Shown: in pieces, positions 53,466-60,691 of the stretch
Layout of the letters: each line of letters starts with the position of its first letter
Numbering within the stretch: the stretch's first letter is position 1
Virus record (IMG/VR): IMGVR_UViG_3300009068_000043
Coordinates: 1-60,691 of that record
Origin: a virus
Lineage: Duplodnaviria; Caudoviricetes
Length of the DNA: 60,691 bases
Direction: 5' to 3' (one strand)
Notes under the pieces: model-generated
What the model saw: the letters and a program-made list of their open reading frames with translations, nothing else
What the model was told of the DNA's origin: nothing
The model's database searches: none
Position numbers and translations under genes: made by a program

Positions 53466-54613
53466 ATCTTAAAAAAGCCCAGGAATTTGTGCATACGGTT
53501 GATCACTGAGTCCCAGTCGCCCATTTTGGGTTGCCGATACAGTCTGGCACTGGGATACCAAGGTGAATCTTCACGCTGTAGTAACCAGCGCCAACAATTG
53601 CCATAAGCATTGAGTGGAATCCAAACAGGACGACCCATGGCTCCAGCCAAGTGTGCATTGGCAGTATCTACTGATATCACAAGATCCAAGTGATGCATGA
53701 GTCCTGCGGTGTCACTAAAATCTTTAATTGTTCCTGGATAACACTCACCACCAGCGGCCGTGATAGCAGCAGATTCTTCTTCAGACGAATCCACAGTTAG
53801 ATTGATCCATTGATGTTCAGGATTGCGACGTATAAGATCAGTTATTTTTTCTATAGGTATGGCTTTGTGATTGTGTATCCAAGAATCTTCACGGCCTCTC
53901 CAGCAAACACCAATCCTCATGCGTTTCTTAACACCTAATCTACTGGTCCATTCTTTCACTTTTTCAGGAGTGGCTGCAATATATTGCAATTGATGTGTGA
54001 TTGTTTCTAATCGCAGCCCAATCACTCGAGGGATACTCATCATAGAAATCCAATAGTCGTATTCACCAAGATCTTCCCCAGGTGCATAGACACCGATGAT
54101 GTGTCCAGCAGGGGATGGAAACAGTGTTTTAACACCGGGACTCAATATCAATTTTATCTTTGCACCAGCTGATAACAGATTGGCAGAAAATCTCAAGAAC
54201 TGAATTTGATCCCCTAATCCTTGTTCCCCTACCAGTAATATAGTTTTGTCTTTGAGATCTTGCCCAGTCCATTCAGGTTTTGGTAATTTTGGTTTGACAC
54301 CAGCCATGTGCTCGTAACGCCAGCGAGCTTCGTAATACTGCCATCCTTTTTCGTAATCACCGGTGATCAAGTATGCCACAGCTAAATTAAACTCGGTTGT
54401 AACGTTTGACGGATCAATATCGTGTGCAGCGTGTAGGAAAGGAATGGCACGGTCCGGGTAACCCATCTCTCTCAACACATTGCCATAGTTGTTAAATGCA
54501 GCACAATTATTGAAGTCTTGTCCAAACATCTCGGCATAGCATTTTAATGCCAGTTCAGGTTGGTGATTTGCGCGATGTTGATTGCCTTGTTCTAGTAGTT
54601 GGTCGATGTTCAT
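53462..54613 (-). CDS. TPR-containing GT-B (GT9-like) glycosyltransferase
   Basis: Likely start MNIDQLL at 54613 (TAAATA 5 nt upstream). TPRs (AFNNYGNVLREMG), EQGLGDQIQFLRF, DLVISVDTANAHLAGAMGRPVW, WRW...SPWYPSARLYRQ. Confidence 0.85.
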   Translation of the reverse strand: MNIDQLLEQGNQHRANHQPELALKCYAEMFGQDFNNCAAFNNYGNVLREMGYPDRAIPFLHAAHDIDPSNVTTEFNLAVAYLITGDYEKGWQYYEARWRYEHMAGVKPKLPKPEWTGQDLKDKTILLVGEQGLGDQIQFLRFSANLLSAGAKIKLILSPGVKTLFPSPAGHIIGVYAPGEDLGEYDYWISMMSIPRVIGLRLETITHQLQYIAATPEKVKEWTSRLGVKKRMRIGVCWRGREDSWIHNHKAIPIEKITDLIRRNPEHQWINLTVDSSEEESAAITAAGGECYPGTIKDFSDTAGLMHHLDLVISVDTANAHLAGAMGRPVWIPLNAYGNCWRWLLQREDSPWYPSARLYRQPKMGDWDSVINRMHKFLGFFKI

Positions 54614-54663
54614 ACGGATATTTAATAGTACCTGGCATGCCATCAAAAATAAGTGATTGTCCA

Positions 54664-54750
54664 TAAATAAGTGCTGTACGCAATACTGCGTCTTATGCGG
54701 TTACCCTGCCGCGTAGCGACTAGAACTCGCATCGGACTTCTTTAAGGAGA
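54664..54750 (+). promoter_or_regulatory. Late promoter plus structured 5' leader (three hairpins)
   Basis: TAAATA 54664-54669; ACGCA/TGCGT, TATGCGG/CCGCGTA and GCGA/TCGC stems; then AAGGAG Shine-Dalgarno. Confidence 0.55.
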
Positions 54751-54757
54751 AAAAATC

Positions 54758-55585
54758 ATGGGTCGTCCATTAAAAATACAAAAATACAGTTTAAATACTG
54801 GCATCAATAGCCCTGGCGATGATGTACCAGTGGATCTTGCCTATCCACCATTCAGCGCACTTGATGTGCCTGTTTACAATGCACCTGTACAGACATTGAA
54901 TGCAGCGCAGTTCTTGGGTGTGGTCGGTGGATCACCAACTACCAGCCAACCTAGTGCCACATACCCCGAAGTAGCAGCACTGGTAAACATTCTATTAGCA
55001 GATGGTACTACTACTGAGGCTATTGCTAATCAATACACCGGTCGTATCATACGCCAAAAAGGTAGCCACAAATATCTAGTTGCATACACATATGCAACTA
55101 CCGCTGATACAGGTTTCATTGTTGGTCAAGCATATCAGATTGCTGTTCTTGGAACAACCAACTGGCAATCAGTGGGCACCGGCACAGGCACAGTGGCACC
55201 TGGTGATATTTTCACTGCCACAGCATCCGATGGTGGTGGCAACGGAACTGCATACCCAGTTGGCGTGTGCGTGTTGACCAATGATACCACACCAGGTGCG
55301 GGTCTCATGGCAATTGGTTACGAATCTGGTGACAGTGCAGCAGCCACAGCCAGTAACCTTAAAAACAAGTGGGTGCGCGACTGGACTGGAACTACTGGAG
55401 ACTATAGCGATGCCAACCTTGGCGAAGTTACTTACACCAGCGAATTTTACTATGTTGCCAACTTCTTCACAGACGAAGGTGGAGTTGCTCAGTCTGGATT
55501 GGATGTGGCTACTGCTACAGAATCAGTTGCTGCGGCACCAGATGGCTATGTGCCACTGGCAGTTATCAACAACGTTACTTCTTAA
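54758..55585 (+). CDS. Probable virion structural protein
   Basis: MGRPLK start, IIRQKGSHKYLV, and a FIVGQAYQI..LGTTNW..VG...GDIFTAT domain; strong Shine-Dalgarno and late promoter. Confidence 0.6.
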   Translation: MGRPLKIQKYSLNTGINSPGDDVPVDLAYPPFSALDVPVYNAPVQTLNAAQFLGVVGGSPTTSQPSATYPEVAALVNILLADGTTTEAIANQYTGRIIRQKGSHKYLVAYTYATTADTGFIVGQAYQIAVLGTTNWQSVGTGTGTVAPGDIFTATASDGGGNGTAYPVGVCVLTNDTTPGAGLMAIGYESGDSAAATASNLKNKWVRDWTGTTGDYSDANLGEVTYTSEFYYVANFFTDEGGVAQSGLDVATATESVAAAPDGYVPLAVINNVTS

Positions 55586-55600
55586 TATTTAGGAACTCAC

Positions 55601-55633
55601 AATCCTCTCAGCTACATACTGGGAGGATTTTTT
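55601..55633 (+). terminator. Hairpin terminator that also sequesters the next Shine-Dalgarno
   Basis: AATCCTCTCAG-CTACATA-CTGGGAGGATT then TTTT; the 3' arm contains GGAGG for the ATG at 55634. Confidence 0.7.
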
Positions 55634-56221
55634 ATGACCATAGCATTTGTATTGGGAAATGGGCAAAGTCGAATTGCCATTGATTTACAAAAATGTAAAT
55701 TGTTAGGTGCAATCTACGGCTGTAATGGACTATACAGAGACTTTGAACCCGACTGTCTTGTGGCTACAGATCGCCCTATCTCAGAAGCTATTCAGCGTTC
55801 AGGGTACGCAAAGAATCACAGATTTTACACAAGAAAACCATTGCTGGACTTGGGTGCACAGATGGTTCCTAAAAAATATCACGGCAATAGTTCAGGACCT
55901 ATTGCATGTGCCATTGCTGCATTGGATGGGCATGATCGTATCTATCTATTGGGGTATGATATGGGTCCAAGTCAGTCAATGAGATTTAATAATGTCTACG
56001 CTGGTACTGAGTTTTACAAAAGTGCAGATGCCGCACCCACATACACTGGAAATTGGATACGACAAGTAGCAGGGATAGCTGTAGATTTTCCAAAAACTAA
56101 ATTTATCCGTGTGTGCGGCCCTACCACAGCCGAAATAAAAGAACTCAAAAACATTGAAAATTTTCAACACATAGATATAAAAACATTCTTATATCGAACT
56201 GATACCAACAGTGACCTGTAA
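55634..56221 (+). CDS. Maf/DUF115-like (sialyltransferase-fold) protein
   Basis: AFVLGNGQSR, YGCN, PDCLVATD, SSG..A, IYLLGYD motif order of the Maf/MptE/GT42-like Rossmann family. Confidence 0.55.
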   Translation: MTIAFVLGNGQSRIAIDLQKCKLLGAIYGCNGLYRDFEPDCLVATDRPISEAIQRSGYAKNHRFYTRKPLLDLGAQMVPKKYHGNSSGPIACAIAALDGHDRIYLLGYDMGPSQSMRFNNVYAGTEFYKSADAAPTYTGNWIRQVAGIAVDFPKTKFIRVCGPTTAEIKELKNIENFQHIDIKTFLYRTDTNSDL

Positions 56222-56228
56222 TCCCTTC

Positions 56229-56267
56229 TTTGTAGAGTCTGGTAAATACAATCAGAGACTCTACAAA
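56229..56267 (+). promoter_or_regulatory. 12-bp hairpin over the start region with late promoter in its loop
   Basis: TTTGTAGAGTCT (56229-56240) / AGACTCTACAAA (56256-56267, ending on the A of ATG); TAAATA at 56243-56248 in the loop. Confidence 0.75.
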
Positions 56268-59200
56268 TGACACAATACACCATTGATATTGGCGCAGTGC
56301 CCGATGACGGACAAGGTGATCCGTTACGCACTGCGTTTAGTTACGTAAATCAAAACTTTAATCAAGTTTTTGCTGCGGGCCCAGTGCTGAGCAATGTAAC
56401 TATTGCTAATAATACTATTCGCACCACTAACAACAACGGTAACTTGATATTGTCTCCCAATGGTATTGGCAAAGTACAATTAACCAATACAATTATTCCT
56501 AGTTTTGACAATGTATATGATATAGGTAGCCCGACCCTGCGGTGGAACTCAATCTATGTGGGCACTGGCGGGCTAAATGTACCAAGTATCAGTGTCACTG
56601 GTAATATCACCGCTGATTATTTTATTGGTAACGGTAGTTTACTCACTGGTATACCGGTGTCAAATTCAACTACCATTAGCAATGGTACCAGCTCAATATC
56701 AGCAGCAATTGCAGATGGAAATATTACAGTTTCTATCAATAATATAGCTAATACCACAGTATTCACAGATCAAGGATTAACCACTGATTCAATAATCTCA
56801 ATAGGTAATATCTCCAGTGGTGGATTGATATCTGGGCTAAGGGTGTCAGCAACAGGCAATGTCACAGCCAACAATGGCATGTTTACCACCATTGTAAACA
56901 CAGCCAGCTATACCGGTGGATTGTTAAGTGTCACAAGTAATGTCACCGCTAACAATGGTATGTTTACCACCATTGTAAATACAGCTAGTTATACTGGTGG
57001 ATTGTTAAGTGTCACCGGAAATGTTACTGCCAACAATGGTATGTTTACAAACATTGTAAACGTAGCCAGCTTCACTGGTAGATTAGTAAGTGTAACAGGC
57101 AACGTCACTGCCAACAATGGCATGTTTACTACCATTGTAAACACAGCCAGTTATACTGGTGGATTGTTAAGTGTCACCGGCAATGTTACAGCCAACAATG
57201 GTATGTTTACCACCATTGTAAACACAGCCAGCTATACCGGTGGATTGTTAAGTGTAACGGGCAATGTCACTGCTAATAATGGCATGTTTACCACTATTGT
57301 AAACACAGCTAGTTATACAGGTGGGTTGATTTCAGTAACCGGCAACGTCACAGCCAACAATGGTATGTTTACAAACATTGTAAATGTAGCCAGCCACACT
57401 GGTGGATTGGTAAGTGTAACAGGAAACGTTACTGCCAACAACGGTATGTTTACAAACATTGTAAACACAGCCAGTTATACAGGTGGATCAATTTCAGTAA
57501 CGGGCAATGCTACTGCTAACAATGGCATGTTTACAACGATTGTAAACACAGCTAGTTATACTGGCGGATCAATTTCAGTAACCGGGAACGTTGCCGGTAA
57601 TTATTTTATTGGCAATGGTAGGTACCTCACCGGATTAGGATCAGCAGGAAATATAGTCAGTACCGTTGATAACTTTACTGGAAACGGCACACAAGTCAAT
57701 TTTGTTCTTAGCACCACGCCCAGCAATGTAAATCTAACTTGGGTTAATATTAATGGTGTGGATCAACTTCGTACCAATTACAGTTTGGTTGGCAATACTA
57801 TTACATTTCCTAGCCCACCAGCAGGTAACACAGCTATTGAAATTACTACTCTCAGTGGTGGTGGAGCACAAGGTGCCCAGGGTACACAAGCTGCACAAGG
57901 CACAACTGGTACTCAAGGTGCACAAGGATTTGGCAGTCAAGGTGCTCAAGCAGCACAAGGTATCCAAGGAGCTCAAGGTGCACAAGGATTTGGCAGTCAA
58001 GGCAGTCAAGGTGTACAAGGGCGGCAAGGCGTGCAATCAGCACAAGGTACTGATGGTAGTCAAGGCACTCAAGGCGTAGAAGGAATTGGTAGTCAGGGCA
58101 GTCAAGGTGTACAAGGACGTCAAGGTACTCAAGGAATTGGTACGCAAGGCACTGATGGTAGTCAAGGTGCACAAGGATTTGGCAGTCAAGGTACTCAAGG
58201 TGTACAAGGACGGCAAGGTGTACAGGGCGTACAAGGAATTGGCAGTCAAGGTATAACAGGTAGTCAAGGTACTCAAGGGATTGGCACGCAAGGCACAACA
58301 GGTAGTCAAGGTTCTCAGGCAGCACAAGGCACCATTGGCGTGCAAGGCACAACCGGCATTCAGGGTACAGAAGGTATTGGCACACAAGGCATAATTGGTA
58401 CTCAAGGTGTACAAGGACGGCAAGGTGTTCAGGGTGTACAAGGCGTACAAGCCGCACAAGGTAGTCAGGGTGTACAAGGACTTGGAAGTCAAGGCTCTCA
58501 AGGTGTACAAGGGCGGCAAGGTGTTCAAGGTGTACAAGGACTCGGAAGTCAAGGTGCACAAGGCCTTGGCAGTCAAGGCGCCCAAGGTACACAAGCAGCG
58601 CAAGGAACAGCTGGTGGTCAAGGCACTCAAGGCGTAGAAGCTGCACAAGGTGTTCAAGGCATACAAGGCGCACAAGGAATTGGCAGAACCGGCATACAAG
58701 GTGCCCAGGGTGTGCAAGGAATTGCCATTCAAGGTGCCCAGGGTGTACAAGGGGTACAGGGCATTGAAGGAACCGGCAGTCAAGGAACACAAGCCGCACA
58801 AGGCACAACTGGCAGTCAAGGCTCTCAAGGCACTCAGGGCGTTGGCATTCAAGGCACACAAGGCTCTCAAGGTACACAGGCTGCACAAGGTACTGATGGC
58901 AGTCAAGGTGTACAAGGTGTTGAAGGATTGCAAGGCACACAAGGAGTGCAAGGCGTGCAAGCCGCACAAGGCACAACCGGTACTCAAGGATCGCAAGGCA
59001 CTCAGGGAGTTGGCATTCAAGGCACACAAGGCTCTCAAGGTACACAAGCCGCACAAGGTACTGATGGTAGTCAAGGATTGCAGGGCACTCAGGGTGTTGG
59101 CATTCAAGGCACACAAGGCTCTCAAGGTACACAAGCCGCACAAGGTACTGATGGTAGTCAAGGCGCACAAGGTGTTGCCGGTGCTCAAGGTGTTCAAGGT

Positions 59201-60691
59201 ATTGAAGGCAGTCAAGGTGTACAAGGTGTTATTGGATCACAAGGTGTTCAAGGCGTTGATGGTGCACAAGGTACACAAGCTGCACAAGGTACTGATGGCA
59301 GTCAAGGCGCACAAGGCCTTGGCAGTCAAGGCACTCAAGGTGTTGAAGGAATTGGCAGTCAAGGTGCACAGGGCACTCAAGCCTCACAAGGTACAACTGG
59401 TAGTCAAGGAGCTCAAGGTATTGAAGGAATTGGCAGTCAAGGCGCACAAGGTACACAAGCCGCACAAGGTACTCAGGGCGTTCAGGGCGTACAAGGTATA
59501 GACGGCGCATTTGCCGGACAAGGTGTACAAGGCGTGCAAGGAGCTCAAGGATTTGGCAGTCAGGGTATACAAGGTGCTCAAGGTGTACAAGGACTAGACG
59601 GTGCATTTGCCGGACAAGGTGTTCAAGGCGTAAACGGCGCATTTGCTGGACAAGGCGTCACCGGTGCGACCGGTGTGCAAGGTGCGCTTGGATTAGGCTA
59701 CGCAGGATTAACTTCTCCAACTAGTCACCCCATTGTTAGTTCTGGTATGCTCCAGTTTGAATGTACTCTCGGTACTGATAGAACAGCATTTACTGTTGGG
59801 CAACGAGTTAGAGTTTTTAACACACCCTCACCATCCAATTTCATGGAAGGTACAATTACAGCATTTTTTACTGCTTCATTGCAATTAACTGTTACCAACT
59901 TTGGTGGCAGCGGAACATACAGTGCCTGGACTTTTGTAGCAGCAGGCATACAGGGAGCAACCGGTGCACAAGCCGCACAAGGTACTGATGGTAGTCAAGG
60001 CGTTCAAGGGGTAGACGGCGCATTTGCTGGACAAGGTGTTCAAGGCGTACAAGGCGTACAAGCTGCACAAGGCACTGATGGTAGTCAAGGTGTTCAAGGT
60101 GTTGAAGGTGTTCAAGGCACCCAAGGCGTACAAGCTGCACAAGGCACAACTGGTAGTCAAGGTGTTCAAGGCGCACAAGGTGTACAAGGAACTCAAGGCG
60201 CCCAAGGTACTCAAGGTGTGCAAGGTGTTCAAGGTACTCAAGGAGTTCAGGGTGTACAAGGTTTAGACGGCGCATTTGCCGGACAAGGTGTACAAGGTGT
60301 ACAAGGTGTACAAGGACGACAAGGTGTTCAGGGTGTACAAGGTTTAGACGGCGCATTTGCCGGTCAAGGAGTACAAGGTGTACAAGGCGTGCAAGGTGTT
60401 CAAGGCGTTTATGGCGTTCAAGGTACTCAAGGTGTGCAAGGTGTACAAGGGTTAGACGGCGCATTTGCCGGACAAGGTGTTCAAGGTGTACAAGGTGTAG
60501 AAGGATCTCAAGGCGTACAAGGTATAGACGGATCACAAGGCGTTCAAGGGGTTGAAGGCAGTCAAGGTACTCAAGGCGTACAAGGAATCGGCAGTCAAGG
60601 TGCACAAGGCGTGCAAGGAATTGGCAGTCAAGGTACTCAAGGTGTTGATGGTTCTCAAGGTGTACAAGGTGTGCAAGGAATTGGCAGTCAA
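56267..60691 (+). CDS. Collagen-like fibre protein, 3'-truncated (>1475 aa; not in ORF track)
   Basis: [31 protein letters not shown] (gp9/gp10-like anchor motif), nine 27-aa repeats, then long G-X-Q triplet tracts; frame checked at several points through to the window end. Confidence 0.9.
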   Translation, partial: MTQYTIDIGAVPDDGQGDPLRTAFSYVNQNFNQVFAAGPVLSNVTIANNTIRTTNNNGNLILSPNGIGKVQLTNTIIPSFDNVYDIGSPTLRWNSIYVGTGGLNVPSISVTGNITADYFIGNGSLLTGIPVSNSTTISNGTSSISAAIADGNITVSINNIANTTVFTDQGLTTDSIISIGNISSGGLISGLRVSATGNVTANNGMFTTIVNTASYTGGLLSVTSNVTANNGMFTTIVNTASYTGGLLSVTGNVTANNGMFTNIVNVASFTGRLVSVTGNVTANNGMFTTIVNTASYTGGLLSVTGNVTANNGMFTTIVNTASYTGGLLSVTGNVTANNGMFTTIVNTASYTGGLISVTGNVTANNGMFTNIVNVASHTGGLVSVTGNVTANNGMFTNIVNTASYTGGSISVTGNATANNGMFTTIVNTASYTGGSISVTGNVAGNYFIGNGRYLTGLGSAGNIVSTVDNFTGNGTQVNFVLSTTPSNVNLTWVNINGVDQLRTNYSLVGNTITFPSPPAGNTAIEITTLSGGGAQGAQGTQAAQGTTGTQGAQGFGSQGAQAAQGIQGAQGAQGFGSQGSQGVQGRQGVQSAQGTDGSQGTQGVEGIGSQGSQGVQGRQGTQGIGTQGTDGSQGAQGFGSQGTQGVQGRQGVQGVQGIGSQGITGSQGTQGIGTQGTTGSQGSQAAQGTIGVQGTTGIQGTEGIGTQGIIGTQGVQGRQGVQGVQGVQAAQGSQGVQGLGSQGSQGVQGRQGVQGVQGLGSQGAQGLGSQGAQGTQAAQGTAGGQGTQGVEAAQGVQGIQGAQGIGRTGIQGAQGVQGIAIQGAQGVQGVQGIEGTGSQGTQAAQGTTGSQGSQGTQGVGIQGTQGSQGTQAAQGTDGSQGVQGVEGLQGTQGVQGVQAAQGTTGTQGSQGTQGVGIQGTQGSQGTQAAQGTDGSQGLQGTQGVGIQGTQGSQGTQAAQGTDGSQGAQGVAGAQGVQGIEGSQGVQGVIGSQGVQGVDGAQGTQAAQGTDGSQGAQGLGSQGTQGVEGIGSQGAQGTQASQGTTGSQGAQGIEGIGSQGAQGTQAAQGTQGVQGVQGIDGAFAGQGVQGVQGAQGFGSQGIQGAQGVQGLDGAFAGQGVQGVNGAFAGQGVTGATGVQGALGLGYAGLTSPTSHPIVSSGMLQFECTLGTDRTAFTVGQRVRVFNTPSPSNFMEGTITAFFTASLQLTVTNFGGSGTYSAWTFVAAGIQGATGAQAAQGTDGSQGVQGVDGAFAGQGVQGVQGVQAAQGTDGSQGVQGVEGVQGTQGVQAAQGTTGSQGVQGAQGVQGTQGAQGTQGVQGVQGTQGVQGVQGLDGAFAGQGVQGVQGVQGRQGVQGVQGLDGAFAGQGVQGVQGVQGVQGVYGVQGTQGVQGVQGLDGAFAGQGVQGVQGVEGSQGVQGIDGSQGVQGVEGSQGTQGVQGIGSQGAQGVQGIGSQGTQGVDGSQGVQGVQGIGSQ
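56855..57583 (+). repeat. 9 x 81-bp (27-aa) coding tandem repeat
   Basis: [27 protein letters not shown] units starting at 56855, 56936, 57017 ... 57503; mostly synonymous differences. Confidence 0.92.
57860..60691 (+). repeat. Collagen-like (Gly-X-Gln)n repeats with one non-repetitive insert at about 59690-59945
   Basis: Dense CAAGG(T/C) periodicity encoding [25 protein letters not shown]... Confidence 0.92.

Noticed and set aside
56855-57583. 81-bp repeat array as a possible CRISPR or guide array
   Set aside because: No unique spacers; the unit is a multiple of 3, in frame, and varies mainly at synonymous positions.
57734-60605. Several long ORFs in other frames or on the minus strand over the collagen region (e.g. 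57852..59168, 58037..59224, 58650..59501)
   Set aside because: They are shadows of the CAAGGT-type repeat, which lacks stops in several frames. The real gene is the plus-strand frame from 56267.
1-60691. Stop-codon reassignment, tRNA genes, integrase/transposase or reverse transcriptase (DGR)
   Set aside because: Core genes are intact in the standard code and use all three stops. No cloverleaf, RT or recombinase motifs were recognised by eye.

Overview
A 60.7-kb piece of a large T4-like (gp55/gp23-type) myovirus genome covering much of the virion module. On the minus strand (1-27.3 kb) lie a truncated fibre gene, a 4424-aa giant baseplate protein, and gp6-, gp25-, gp5-, hub-, gp53- and gp48/54-like genes. 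The plus strand carries the gp55 late sigma factor and gp47/gp46, interleaved with three radical SAM genes and an SDR. Next come a short GIY-YIG nuclease followed by about 430 nt of hairpin-rich non-coding DNA, a gp26-like chaperone with a probable -1 frameshift extension, a tape-measure-like gene and the head module (gp20-gp21-gp22-gp23). A Seg-like homing endonuclease, lectin and adhesin genes, a glycosyltransferase / cyanophycin-synthetase-like ATP-grasp / methyltransferase operon, further glycosyltransferase-like genes and a >1475-aa Pro-free collagen-like fibre (running off the right edge) complete the window. TAAATA late-promoter motifs and three sigma70-type promoters can be read directly. 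The best novelty candidates are the structured RNA next to the GIY-YIG gene, the gp26 frameshift, the early modification operon and the radical SAM/SDR cluster. All calls come from reading motifs by eye; no database searches or folding calculations were run.
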